Under the pieces are notes generated by a model, which saw nothing but the letters and a program-made list of their open reading frames with translations, was not told where the DNA came from and searched no databases. This document shows, one piece after another, positions 31,209-42,158 of a stretch of DNA of 64,000 bases. Position 1 is the first letter of the stretch. Every line of letters starts with the position of its first letter. The position numbers and the translations under genes are program-made. The stretch comes from Sedimentisphaerales bacterium (lineage in GTDB: Bacteria; Planctomycetota; Phycisphaerae; Sedimentisphaerales; SM23-30). The stretch lies in the NCBI GenBank assembly GCA_963666285.1, contig OY762711.1. One strand, 5' to 3'.

Positions 31209-31642
31209 AATTCTTCCTTTCTTCCTTCGTTGAGATGATGAACAATAAAATGATTCAATTGCTAAAAACAGGTTAATTCAAATATGTTTTTTTCAGTATA
31301 AGTATATTTGGCTGTGTTTAAATAAAAAAAAGTGAAGTCGGTATTTGTATATTTCATTTCTATTTGTGATAGAGTTTTCAATAATATTATGTATTTAAGG
31401 TTTGATTATCAAATATCTTGATATCAAAGTATGTTTAGCTTTGTATAGGCTTGACTTGCCTGGTGACAAATAGTACTATTAATATTAAAATTCAGCTAGA
31501 CTAAGGATTTGTCTGACTGATTACGGCTTGATTGATAATCGTAACTGGTTACGTAAGTTATGATAACATGTGTGATTCTGACCTTAAAAAAATAAAGTCT
31601 GGTTTCTGATATAGTAAATACCTCATTTTTAAGATTTATCCT

Positions 31643-34138
31643 ATGAAAAGCAAATTATCTATATTGACATTGTTAATATTGTTGAACATCGTAATATCAT
31701 TGGCATTTTGTCAGGGCCTTGCGAGTGAAACCCGCCTGAATGAAAGTCGGGTAAAACTTCTGGCAAGCTGTGAAAAATCCGGCTACTATTTTACGGCAGA
31801 AGTATGTGATGCTTATATGACTTATATAAAACAGCAAACTCTGTGTGATCTTAAAAACGATCATAAGCAATTGCCGAAAGATTTCATTGACTGGATTGAC
31901 ACTAATCCGGCGATAGCGTCAGGTGTTTATAGTGCTCATAATAAACCAGCGGAAATAATGCAGTGGATGTATTCGCTTTATTTAGACCTTGGTGAAACTA
32001 AGTTTAAGAAATACAATCAGCTTGCGTTAGCAATGTCTATTTTGTGTGTAAAACAGCATCTGCCTGCGGATATCAGCTATCGAACTCCGATGCAGCTTAA
32101 TATTTCCGGGGATCCTCGTAAGCCTGTTAATACCAAAGACACAAGTAGACAGCTTGATATGAATGACCATATCATAAACTTTTTGAATGACAACACAATT
32201 GATGAAGAGGTTGTTATTGGATACGAGGAAGAACCGGATGAGATCAGGTATGACAGCAGAGGAATTGCGATTCCGGCACCTAAAAAGAAAGGCAAAACCC
32301 CTGTGAAGCAAATACAGAGGCGGTCACTATATGCGGCGGATATTATTGCCAGCAGGGAACTTCAGGAAAAATTTAATCTTTATATGAGCTCCAAGGGTTA
32401 CGATGTTAATATCAATTGCGGAGAAAAAATAATTCACTGGAATAGTCATGATATGGTCCGTGGTGAACAGTATAAGTCGATAAAGCAAGCATACGATTTG
32501 TTTTTGAATGCTTATTATGAAAAGGGGCTGATACCCAAACGAGAGCCATTGGCAACACCGGCCGAGCGATGTTTATTCCTTATAAGGAATAATGAGTTTA
32601 AGTTTCCTGCCGGTCTTCAGGAAAAACGCAACTGGCCGCGGTTTCCTTTGAATGCTCCATGGCCGATATTGATAATGCTGGCCGAGGATTCTCAGCCGCT
32701 GCGAGAGCGACAGGAGCGTTGGGAGGCTTTTGTCAATGACGGAGTTTTTAAGACATATGGTGAATATATTGGCAGTGTTGCCCAGCAGTATGACATGCAG
32801 TCTGCTCGTCGGATCAAGCCATATGATTTCCCTTATGGATCCATTCAGATGATGCTCAAGGACGGTGGAGTTTGTGGGACAATGGGTAATATTTCCGCTC
32901 GGTCGCACAACACTCTTGGTATACCGTCATGTACAGCCGGCCAGCCGGGCCATTGTGCAGCGGTGCATTTTCGCTATGATCCAAAGACCAATACTTATGC
33001 CTGTAAGGGCAGCCAGTATGCAACCGGCGGCGATGATAAGACAACGCCTCATGTAGGTTGGTATTTTGGAGAAGTAGAAAAGCATATAAAAACTCATAAC
33101 GGAAAGCAGCAGGTATCTTATGATCGCAAGCCGATGGTGTATCAGCAAAGTATAGCCTGGGCAGTAAATTATGGAATGCCAGAATATATGGATTCTATGA
33201 AGGCTTTTTGGTTGTACAAGATGCTGCCGGATGATTTACGTGGTGGATATGGATTGAAGCTGCTAAGAAGTGGTGTTAATCTGAATCCTTACAATTATGT
33301 TGTTGTTGAACAGGTTTTGACAGATGCCGGTGCAATTGAAATTTTGCAGGCGTTTCTGGAACACTTTACAACTACAGTTACAGCAGTACAAAAGCAAGGC
33401 TGTCCGTCAGATGGTTTGTATAATACTACGGTTAAAGATCAGGTTTTTAGTAAGATAGTAAAGCTGCCTTTGCCGAATAATAAAAACGAGCTTCAATACC
33501 TGTATGAATACCTTTTGAAACAGGGCTGTCAAAAGCAGGATGTAATTGTTAAAGTTATGAATGAGATATATGGTCTGGATACATTGCAGCACATTACGTA
33601 CAAAAAATTTGTTCAGCATTTAAGATCACGCGATATCCCTTCGAATGAAGTGGATAAAGTCAGCCGACTTATGGCAGATCAAATCAAGGCGACCGCATCA
33701 TATATAAAAAATAAGGATGCGAAAAAAGCTTGGGGCCAGAGATTGTTAAAACGTGCATATAATAACGAGAAGTATTTCGATTCAAAATATCGACTGGTAA
33801 CTGATCCTTCAGTAGTGGAAGCTGCCAGATTAGCAGGGAAAAAGTTTGATGATGAACAGGCTTTGGTAAAACCGGTGCTATACAATTTGGCTGTGCAATT
33901 GGAGAATTCTGTGTGTGGAGTGCGAACAGCTAAAAGTTGTAAGGATTTGTCCCAAAAGATAAACGGGGCATTCAATGTGGCGACCAAAAACGATTCTGCT
34001 TACGCACAAGAATGGCTTATGCAAATGCAGAATATTATACAAGGAAAAGAATCTTATATACCGGCAGATGTGAAAAAAAGAGCTAAACAGCAGAGAGATC
34101 CATGTGCTGAGACGATTAAAAAATTATTGAAAAAATAA
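31643..34138 (+). CDS. Large secreted hypothetical protein with a possible transglutaminase-like Cys/His core
   Basis: Signal peptide; GGVCGTM...LGIPS...GQPGHC. Confidence 0.65.
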   Translation: MKSKLSILTLLILLNIVISLAFCQGLASETRLNESRVKLLASCEKSGYYFTAEVCDAYMTYIKQQTLCDLKNDHKQLPKDFIDWIDTNPAIASGVYSAHNKPAEIMQWMYSLYLDLGETKFKKYNQLALAMSILCVKQHLPADISYRTPMQLNISGDPRKPVNTKDTSRQLDMNDHIINFLNDNTIDEEVVIGYEEEPDEIRYDSRGIAIPAPKKKGKTPVKQIQRRSLYAADIIASRELQEKFNLYMSSKGYDVNINCGEKIIHWNSHDMVRGEQYKSIKQAYDLFLNAYYEKGLIPKREPLATPAERCLFLIRNNEFKFPAGLQEKRNWPRFPLNAPWPILIMLAEDSQPLRERQERWEAFVNDGVFKTYGEYIGSVAQQYDMQSARRIKPYDFPYGSIQMMLKDGGVCGTMGNISARSHNTLGIPSCTAGQPGHCAAVHFRYDPKTNTYACKGSQYATGGDDKTTPHVGWYFGEVEKHIKTHNGKQQVSYDRKPMVYQQSIAWAVNYGMPEYMDSMKAFWLYKMLPDDLRGGYGLKLLRSGVNLNPYNYVVVEQVLTDAGAIEILQAFLEHFTTTVTAVQKQGCPSDGLYNTTVKDQVFSKIVKLPLPNNKNELQYLYEYLLKQGCQKQDVIVKVMNEIYGLDTLQHITYKKFVQHLRSRDIPSNEVDKVSRLMADQIKATASYIKNKDAKKAWGQRLLKRAYNNEKYFDSKYRLVTDPSVVEAARLAGKKFDDEQALVKPVLYNLAVQLENSVCGVRTAKSCKDLSQKINGAFNVATKNDSAYAQEWLMQMQNIIQGKESYIPADVKKRAKQQRDPCAETIKKLLKK

Positions 34139-34357
34139 CTTGTGATATGTTTTATACGTATAATATATATAAGTTAATTTTCTCAGTTTTAAGCTGCAAA
34201 AAAATTACTCAAAAGGGTTTTCTGTATCACTTTGAATTTAAACGAAGCATCTCCGCTATGAGTTTATTTCTTTATTTGCACATTAGAATGTTATTTTTTC
34301 TATTTACTTTTAGCTCTAATAGAAAACAATATTATTTGATATAGATAATTATGTATA

Positions 34358-34596
34358 AGTTTACTTTCGCATTTTTTAAGTTGCAATAACGAAGTGCCTC
34401 TGGTAAATTGCCTAAAAGGGCCTTCCTGCAACGCTTTAATATTAAACAAAACGTGAGACGATAGCGAATTATTCCTGATGTCAACGTACATCAGGACACC
34501 ATAATTTTTTATTTTTCACTATTCGTTTTTCACTTAATTGGCCCTGTTATGACCTTTGCGGATAACGTTGAACAGTCAAAAGTACGAAAGCGTACT
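34358..34596. repeat. Dispersed MITE-like element, copy C (239 bp)
   Basis: Near-identical to copy B; terminal hairpin agtacg-aaag-cgtact. Confidence 0.9.
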
Positions 34597-34712
34597 ATAA
34601 AAGACGTGCTAATTAACATGTCTTTTTTTTTATTATATATACTTTGGTATTTACTGTATCATAATAATGTATTGAAATTGATTATGAACTTCTAATTAGT
34701 ATGCGCTAAATT

Positions 34713-35381
34713 ATGATAAAAGCTGTAGTATTTGATATGGATGATACCCTGTTTCCTGAGCTGGAATATGTTCAGAGCGGTTATCGTGCGGTAGCAGAGT
34801 ATCTGGCGGACCGCGATTATTCAGCAGAGTATCTGTACGAAAAGCTCTGGGGCATTTTTCAGACAGACCGTAAGGCTAAGGCTTTCAATGTACTTTTGGA
34901 GCAGATGGGTAGAGAGGTTATGCCCGGCCGGATAGATGAGCTGATTAAGCTGTATCGAGAGCATAGGCCGGACATCAAGCCGTTTGCCGGGACTGAAGAT
35001 GTACTGAAAAGGATAAGCTCAAATTATCGTACCGGGCTGATATCAGATGGTTTTATGCCTGGCCAGCAGTATAAGCTGGATGCATTGGGTTTAGAAAAGT
35101 ATTTTGAAAAAGTGATTTTTACCGAAACTCTCGGCCGTGAAAACTGGAAACCGTCTCCCTTGAGCTATGAGATCATGGCCGATAGCCTGGGAGTAGGGCA
35201 TGGCGAGTGTGTTTATGTTGCTGATAATCTGGGGAAAGATTTTGTCTCGCCTAATGCCTTGGGGTGGGTGACTGTTCATATTAAGATCGAAGGCCAGGTA
35301 TACTGGGAAAGGCAGATTGCCGAGGGGGGTGAGCCGCAAAAAAGGATATCTCAGCTTTCAGAATTGTTTGATATTTTATAA
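34713..35381 (+). CDS. HAD-superfamily hydrolase
   Basis: VVFDMDDTL, ISDG, WKPSP, YVADN...DF motifs. Confidence 0.92.
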   Translation: MIKAVVFDMDDTLFPELEYVQSGYRAVAEYLADRDYSAEYLYEKLWGIFQTDRKAKAFNVLLEQMGREVMPGRIDELIKLYREHRPDIKPFAGTEDVLKRISSNYRTGLISDGFMPGQQYKLDALGLEKYFEKVIFTETLGRENWKPSPLSYEIMADSLGVGHGECVYVADNLGKDFVSPNALGWVTVHIKIEGQVYWERQIAEGGEPQKRISQLSELFDIL

Positions 35382-35698
35382 GTCATTGTCTGACGTGGGT
35401 TTATGCATTTGGTGCGTTATTTCAGCGCAAAAAAAAGGCCCAGATTCGGGGGGTCTTAAAAGAGTCTGTTCTCTCCCTTTTAAGAACTCTCAAATCGGCT
35501 GGGCTTGAGGCGCTATTTGATTTTCAGAGGGTCACAGCTTTTGGCGTGTCTCGCTCTTCAATTTAATAGTGGCCGCTTGTTGGTAAACCGTCCCGGAGAA
35601 AATAATAAAAAAAAGACTTATTTAGACGTTTCGCAATATAAGTCCTTTTATATCAATAATATAAAAAATAATAGTTATTTGTTATTTTCTTAGATTTA

Positions 35699-36802
35699 TT
35701 ATATATTAGCCAGTCTCTGCTGTTTGTCATAGTCTATCAAGGCTTCTACCATCTGGTCAATATCGCCCATCATAAATTTGTCCAGTGAATAAAGCGACAC
35801 GTTGATGCGATGGTCAGTAACACGGTTCTGCGGGAAATTATAGGTTCTTATCCTCTGGGAACGGTCACCTGAGCCGATCATGTCTTTACGAGCATCGGCA
35901 CGTTCAGCATTCTTTTCCTGCATAAACTTCTCATAAACTCGGCTTTTCAGGATACGCCATGCTTTGGCACGGTTCTTATGCTGACTTTTTTCGTCCTGCA
36001 TACTAACGGTAATGCCGGTTGGTACGTGTTCCAGCTTGATTGCTGAGTTGGTTTTATTTACGCTCTGGCCGCCCGGACCGCTTGAACGAGCTACGTGTTC
36101 AAGTACATCATCTTTTTTGATGTCAATTTCAACATCTTCCGGTTCAGGTAACACTGCTACTGTAGCAGCTGAAGTATGTATCCTGCCCTGGGACTCGGTT
36201 TCCGGCACTCGCTGTACGCGATGACCGCCGCCTTCATATCCCAGCGAAGCCCATACGCCATCACCTTTTACGCCAAAAATAACTTCCTTATAGCCACCCA
36301 TTGGAGAAGATGAAAATTCCATTTCTTCGACTTTCCATCCCATTTTCTCACAATAATACTTGTACATACTATACAGGTTGCCGGCAAACAGGGCGGCTTC
36401 ATCGCCACCGGTACCCGCTCTTATTTCGACGATAACAGAGCTGATAGAGGCGTCATCGCTCATAACCAGCTTCTCTTTGATCTTATCCAGGCTGCTGGTT
36501 AGCTGGTCAACCAGTTCATCAGCTTCTTCCCGTGCCATATCACGCATTTCAGTGTCCATATCCTTGTCGTTAGCCATTTCAACAGCTTCATCATATTGCT
36601 GCTGAAGTTTTGTGAACTCCAGGAAACTTTCCACCATCGGTCGCAATTTACCATGCTCTTTTGCCAGCCTGGTGATTTCTGAAGCATTGGCGGCAACGGC
36701 AGGGTCGTTCATTTCGCTTTCGATTTTACTAAACTGCTCTGCGACCTGGTCGAGTTTCTCCAGGATTTTTGTATCTGTTGTTGTAAGTTCAAAAGTGGCC
36801 AT
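35699..36802 (-). CDS. prfA: Peptide chain release factor 1
   Basis: GTGGDEAALF, HRVQRVPETE (PxT), GPGGQ, RTYNFPQNRVTDHR motifs. Confidence 0.97.
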   Translation of the reverse strand: MATFELTTTDTKILEKLDQVAEQFSKIESEMNDPAVAANASEITRLAKEHGKLRPMVESFLEFTKLQQQYDEAVEMANDKDMDTEMRDMAREEADELVDQLTSSLDKIKEKLVMSDDASISSVIVEIRAGTGGDEAALFAGNLYSMYKYYCEKMGWKVEEMEFSSSPMGGYKEVIFGVKGDGVWASLGYEGGGHRVQRVPETESQGRIHTSAATVAVLPEPEDVEIDIKKDDVLEHVARSSGPGGQSVNKTNSAIKLEHVPTGITVSMQDEKSQHKNRAKAWRILKSRVYEKFMQEKNAERADARKDMIGSGDRSQRIRTYNFPQNRVTDHRINVSLYSLDKFMMGDIDQMVEALIDYDKQQRLANI

Positions 36803-36886
36803 AAGATTATTCCCAAAATGTGTTTAGGTTATATTGGCAAAAGACTGCAAGGGCAAATGACTATTTCTATATTAGATATTTGCATG

Positions 36887-36996
36887 AAAAAAACGCTGGA
36901 TGATTACTGCTTGTATCTCTCAATGCGGATTGGTAGTACCAAAACACGTCGAAGTATCGGCTCTTGACTTAGCCGACAGTAATAATCCAGCGTTTT
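36887..36996 (-). ncRNA. Candidate structured RNA / attenuator between rpmE and prfA
   Basis: 20-bp closing stem (19/20 match) enclosing two small hairpins; U-run follows on the minus strand. Confidence 0.4.
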
Positions 36997-37012
36997 ATAA
37001 TGAGCGGTAAAG

Positions 37013-37228
37013 CTACTTCTTGGCGAAGTAATTTCCACCGAATTTCTTTTTGAACTTGTCGATACGACCGGCGGTGTCAACAAACTTCTGCTTACCAGTA
37101 TAGAAAGGATGGCATGCAGAGCAGATTTCCACGTTCAGCTCTGAAACGGTAGCGCGAGTAGTAAACTCATTGCCACAACCGCACTTAGCTTTGCACTCTA
37201 CGTAATCAGGATGAATGCCTTGTTTCAC
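37013..37228 (-). CDS. rpmE: 50S ribosomal protein L31 (zinc-binding type)
   Basis: GTG start at 37228 with ggag [17 protein letters not shown]...[18 protein letters not shown]. Confidence 0.97.
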   Translation of the reverse strand: MKQGIHPDYVECKAKCGCGNEFTTRATVSELNVEICSACHPFYTGKQKFVDTAGRIDKFKKKFGGNYFAKK

Positions 37229-37586
37229 TTTTATATCTCCATATATAGAGGTTAAAAAATCGCAAAATTTTAAGAATTCCAAATTATATAGTAAAAAATG
37301 GATTTGTAAAGAGTTTTTTTGGCTAAAATGCGTGAATTCGAGTTATAGGTCCTTGCGAATCCTTTTGCTGGAAGTATGTTATGGCAATTAGGGCAGAGTA
37401 TTAGTTTTATATATATTATCTAATGTTTTATTGGAGTTTGAAGGCGGTAGAGTCGAAATATACTCTAAAAAAGATAGCGCATTTTAACTATCGTTATGTT
37501 ATAATACCGAATTCTTGAATGGATTAGTATTATAAGTATGGATATTAGTTAAGATATAAGATATTGTATCGAAAGGACTTATTGAA

Positions 37587-37979
37587 ATGTTAGAGGATTT
37601 TATCCTGGCTGACGCAACGCCTCCCAAGTTGTTAGATGATGCTGTAACCAGTACAGCCCAAGATGGTTCTGCCCCGGCGGCTGATACAACACCTGATGGT
37701 GCCCCGCCTAGAGCAGGGAGCATATGGGATATGTTACCGTTTCTGCTGTTGCTGGCCGGTATGTTTATTTTTATGACTATGGGTAGTCGTAAAAAAGATA
37801 AGGAACGCAAGAGGATGCTCAGCGAGATGAAGAAGAACGACAAAGTTCGTACCATTGGCGGCATCATAGGAACCATAGTTGAAGTTCGCGATAAGGAAGT
37901 GCTTGTAAAGATAGATGAATCAAACAATACTCGCGTTAAATTTGTTCGCGATGCTATTGCAGAAATTATTAATGAATAG
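37587..37979 (+). CDS. yajC: Preprotein translocase subunit YajC
   Basis: One TM; KKNDKVRTIGGIIGTIV; upstream of secDF. Confidence 0.93.
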   Translation: MLEDFILADATPPKLLDDAVTSTAQDGSAPAADTTPDGAPPRAGSIWDMLPFLLLLAGMFIFMTMGSRKKDKERKRMLSEMKKNDKVRTIGGIIGTIVEVRDKEVLVKIDESNNTRVKFVRDAIAEIINE

Positions 37980-38109
37980 TCCAAAGCCGTTTCGGCTTAA
38001 GTTAATGTAATTTAGTTAAGCAGTTTTATTTATTGTTATGGCAGAGCAATCCGGATAGTAGTTCGGTAAGCAGTCAATAATAACAGAGGTAAAGAAAGCG
38101 TATTTTAGT

Positions 38110-41100
38110 ATGAATAAGGAATTAAAGTGGAAGTCTTTTCTGGTAGTATTATTGGTATTATTCTTTGGTCTAAGCATATGGATGAATGGCCTGAAGCCCG
38201 GTATCGATCTGGCCGGCGGTTCAAGCTTGCTCTATGAGATAGACACAACAGGTATGCCTGAATCTGAGCGTCGTGGAATATGCGAAGATATGATCCGTAT
38301 TCTTCGTCAGCGAATCGACCCTAGTAATCAGCTTGGTATTATCTGGCGTCCGCATGGTGTCGATAAAATCGAAATCCAGGTTCCGCTGGCTACCGAAGAA
38401 ACTCGTAAACTTATGGAATCTTATAAGCTGCTTTTGGCTGAGCTTGAAGATACCGGTATTAACATGATTTCAGTCAAGCAGGCCCTTGTTCATCCTGAAG
38501 GAAAAACTCGTGAAGAATATGTTGCCGGCCGGTCTGAACAATTTGCCGCTCTTGCACAAGATGACAGTAATCGTCAGGCGATTCTTGACCAGTTGGCAGA
38601 AGCGTATGATAGCAAAGAAGCTGCTATGGCAGAACAAATTGCTGCTATGGAAAATGTCGAAAACATTTCCAAGATAGTCAAGGATGCTGAAGTAAGCGAA
38701 TACCAGTTATCAAGTCTTGTCAGGGTATGGGATACCCTTGATGAGCCTAACCAGGTAGACAGGGTCGCTAAAATTGCCAAGCCTGATGCCGGTTTATCTG
38801 ACGAGTTGGTGCGTAAATATATTTCAGAGACAAAGAAAATATCACAGTATCGTCAGAAGCTTAACGGTGATGACGGCCTGATTGCACAGGTTAATGATAT
38901 TTTGAGGGATCTGGAAAGATCAAATATAAATATTGACCGCTTTGAAAAATATCTTGCTGCTGAGCCTAAACGCCGTGCAGTAGAGATGGAAAACCTGATT
39001 CAGGCTCATCCGAATCAGGGAACTTTAATAAAGCAGATAGAGGAAGCATACGATAAGTATGCAGGTGTTGCCGGAAGATTGGATGACCCTGAAGATCTGA
39101 AACGTATGCTGCGTGGTAGTGGTGTTTTAGAATTCCGTATTCTACCGACAGCCAGTTCACCTGATTTAGTTGTGAGTGACTATAAAAATAAGCTTGCAGA
39201 TTTTGGACCGGTTAAGGCCAGTACAGATAAATATGTATGGCGTCCGATACGAGATATCAAAGCTTTTAACTGTCCGACAGCTATTATTGCCCAGTATGTA
39301 GATGAATCTTATGTGCTTTGTTCCAATCAGAAAGGTGAGACTTTAACCGGAAGTGGTGAAAGTACCTGGAAACTGGCGGCCGCCCGTCCGGATCAGGACC
39401 GTTTTGGCTCGCCTGCTGTATCATTTGAGTTTAATACGGCTGGTGCCGGGTTGTTTTATGATCTGACAAAAAATAATACGGAACGCCCGTTGTGTATTCT
39501 GCTGGATGATCAAGCAATTTCCGCTCCTAATATCAATAGTGCTATTAATGGCAGCGGTATTATTTCCGGTTCATTTACTTATAAAGAAGTAGTAGAGCTG
39601 GCAGATAAGCTGAAGGCTGGATCATTGCCTGCCCGTTTGAGTGATGAGCCGATTTCAGAAAATAATATTGGTCCTACTCTTGGTAAAGATAACCTTGCAG
39701 CTGGTATGAAAGCCGGTATTATCGGTTTGGTAACAGTTCTGATCTTTATGGTTATTTACTATACTCTTTCCGGTGTCTTGGCTGACCTTGCCCTGGTATT
39801 GAATATGCTGTTTATTGTTGGTGTCATGGCATTTTCCAAGGCTACCTTCACTATGCCGGGTATTGCTGCTTTGATCCTGACTGTTGGTATGGCGGTAGAT
39901 GCAAATGTGCTGATTTTCGAACGTGTTCGTGAAGAAATGAAAGCCGGAAGCTCACTTAAGATTGCTATTAAGAATGGTTATGATCGTGCGTTCTGGACAA
40001 TTTTCGATGCTAACTTGACAACTTTCATCGTAGCTTTAATCCTCTGGGTAATGGCCTCAGAAGAAATCAAGGGATTTGCCCTGGCTCTGATGATTGGTAT
40101 TGTAAGTTCGATGTTCACCGCATTGTTTGTTACCAGGTTTATCTTTGAATCGCTGCTGGAATCAGATAAGCTGCATGATAAGTTGAGCATGATGCACCTG
40201 ATGGACCATCCTAGTGTAAACTGGATGAAGTTGAAACCAATATTCTGGTCTGTTTCTGCCGTGCTGGTACTGAGTGGCTGGTTCTTCACTTTTAATCGAA
40301 CTAATGACAGCAACAGCCTGTATTCAATCGAGTTTACCGGTGGTACCAGTGCCCAGGTTCGTTTGAATGTTGATAAAGCCAATGAATTGCTCTCTGCTGA
40401 AGAGAAGGTAATGGACGCTGAAGACAGGGGACTGATACTTCGCGGTAAAATTGAAAAGATGATCAGCAGCAATACAGAAGATCCTGAAATCGCTGCTTGT
40501 CGTGTTCAACAGGTAGGAGCACCGGAAAATTATGAATATGAAATTGTTACTACCGCTACTAACCTTGTCAGTACAACAATAACTCCGGGTGAAGGTGATC
40601 CTTCAACTGCAGCTGAGATTGAAGCTAAATTCAAGCAGGTTGCTACTAAACTGGGTGACAAGCGTTTGGAGAACACCAAGTTTAAGCAGGATGGAGATGC
40701 CTTTACCCTGGAAACACATCAGACTAGTATTAATGTAGTTAAGAAGGCACTTGCTGAAGCGTATCCGAACTCAACATATTCCGAACCTGTTGTTAACAAC
40801 CTTGTTGGTAATACTATTATTGCCGCCGTGGGTGACTATCTGAATGTTATCAGGAATCTTGAGCCTGCAAATGTCATTGCTCAGCCGATTACAGATGAAC
40901 TTATCAGTAAGAAGCCTTATCTGGGTGCATATAGTGGCGGGCTAGTGCTGACAGCTGACTTTGCTCCTGGCAAAAATGAGACTCTGGCAGCAATCAAAAG
41001 CAGATTCGAACGTACACAGTTCCGTGCTGATTTCGAGTCTTATGATTATTATGACAGCCTGTTCTTTGCCCCTGATAACAGTGGCTCAGACCAGCCGCTG

Positions 41101-41847
41101 GGTAGTGTTGAAATGGTTACAAAACTAGATAATGTTGTCTTTGGTGTTAGTGAAGATGATGAATGGAATGCTTTTGTTGCTAACGAACAAGGGCGTTTTG
41201 TTGATGCGTTGAAACTTCAGACTTCGTTTACACGACTGACCCAGATAGATCCGTCTGTTGGTAGTAAGTCTATGACAGATGCTGTGATTTCTGTTGTTGT
41301 TTCACTGCTGGCGATTGTAGCGTATATCTGGTTCAGATTTGGTAATATTAGATTTGGTCTTGCTGCTGTTACTGCTCTTGTACATGACGTGAGTATTTCA
41401 CTTGGCCTGGTTGCTTTGACAGCCGCTATTAGTAATACAGCCCTTGGCCGTATGCTGCTGATAAGTGATTTCAAGATTGACCTTCCTGTAATCGCCGCGT
41501 TCCTGACGGTTATCGGTTATTCGCTCAATGATACGATTGTTGTGTTTGACCGAATTCGTGAAAACCGCGGTAAGAAGACTGTTCTTACAGGCGAGATGAT
41601 CAGTTCCAGTATCAACCAGACATTGAGCCGTACTGTTCTGACTTCATTTACAACTTTGATCGTTCTGGTTGTTATGTACATTTGGGGCGGTTCTGGTTTG
41701 AGAGGTTTCAACTTTGTATTGATCATAGGTGTTATCGTTGGTACCTATTCTTCTATCGCTATTGCTTCGCCTCTACTTCAGGGTGCTGTTGATATCGAAC
41801 CGGAAGAAGAGACCGGACCTGTTTCTGAAGGTGTGGCGATGAACTAA
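38110..41847 (+). CDS. secDF: Fused protein translocase subunit SecDF with large periplasmic insertions
   Basis: GIDLAGG, IGPTLG, GMAVDANVLIFER, IEFTGG, HDV, GYSLNDTIVVFDRIRE motifs. Confidence 0.95.
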   Translation: MNKELKWKSFLVVLLVLFFGLSIWMNGLKPGIDLAGGSSLLYEIDTTGMPESERRGICEDMIRILRQRIDPSNQLGIIWRPHGVDKIEIQVPLATEETRKLMESYKLLLAELEDTGINMISVKQALVHPEGKTREEYVAGRSEQFAALAQDDSNRQAILDQLAEAYDSKEAAMAEQIAAMENVENISKIVKDAEVSEYQLSSLVRVWDTLDEPNQVDRVAKIAKPDAGLSDELVRKYISETKKISQYRQKLNGDDGLIAQVNDILRDLERSNINIDRFEKYLAAEPKRRAVEMENLIQAHPNQGTLIKQIEEAYDKYAGVAGRLDDPEDLKRMLRGSGVLEFRILPTASSPDLVVSDYKNKLADFGPVKASTDKYVWRPIRDIKAFNCPTAIIAQYVDESYVLCSNQKGETLTGSGESTWKLAAARPDQDRFGSPAVSFEFNTAGAGLFYDLTKNNTERPLCILLDDQAISAPNINSAINGSGIISGSFTYKEVVELADKLKAGSLPARLSDEPISENNIGPTLGKDNLAAGMKAGIIGLVTVLIFMVIYYTLSGVLADLALVLNMLFIVGVMAFSKATFTMPGIAALILTVGMAVDANVLIFERVREEMKAGSSLKIAIKNGYDRAFWTIFDANLTTFIVALILWVMASEEIKGFALALMIGIVSSMFTALFVTRFIFESLLESDKLHDKLSMMHLMDHPSVNWMKLKPIFWSVSAVLVLSGWFFTFNRTNDSNSLYSIEFTGGTSAQVRLNVDKANELLSAEEKVMDAEDRGLILRGKIEKMISSNTEDPEIAACRVQQVGAPENYEYEIVTTATNLVSTTITPGEGDPSTAAEIEAKFKQVATKLGDKRLENTKFKQDGDAFTLETHQTSINVVKKALAEAYPNSTYSEPVVNNLVGNTIIAAVGDYLNVIRNLEPANVIAQPITDELISKKPYLGAYSGGLVLTADFAPGKNETLAAIKSRFERTQFRADFESYDYYDSLFFAPDNSGSDQPLGSVEMVTKLDNVVFGVSEDDEWNAFVANEQGRFVDALKLQTSFTRLTQIDPSVGSKSMTDAVISVVVSLLAIVAYIWFRFGNIRFGLAAVTALVHDVSISLGLVALTAAISNTALGRMLLISDFKIDLPVIAAFLTVIGYSLNDTIVVFDRIRENRGKKTVLTGEMISSSINQTLSRTVLTSFTTLIVLVVMYIWGGSGLRGFNFVLIIGVIVGTYSSIAIASPLLQGAVDIEPEEETGPVSEGVAMN

Positions 41848-41900
41848 GATCAGTTAAAATCTATCTTTGATTATTAGCTTATTGTTAATATGATATATCC

Positions 41901-41932
41901 AAAGCCGGTGGGTAAAACCATCGGCTTTTTTT
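41901..41932 (+). terminator. Intrinsic terminator after secDF
   Basis: aaagccggtgg...ccatcggcttttttt. Confidence 0.8.
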
Positions 41933-42158
41933 ATGTATATGGTAAATTTCGTATGTCCGACAAATGCGTTAATGGCCGGTGAATCTTATAATATTAAAAA
42001 TGTGTTACAGCTTTTTTTCTTTTAATTTCAGCTTTTTTGGTGTATTTTCAAGTTATCAGTCAATTTTTTCGACATTGTTTCAGACTAGTTGTGTATTATT
42101 AATATCAAATTAAAGTGCTTTTATTAAAATTTGTTCTATTTACGTAAGGAGTAATTAT

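Noticed and set aside
7712..34500. Identical 33-bp palindromic repeat as a CRISPR repeat
   Set aside because: Copies are 1.7-20 kb apart, with no 30-40 bp spacers and no cas genes
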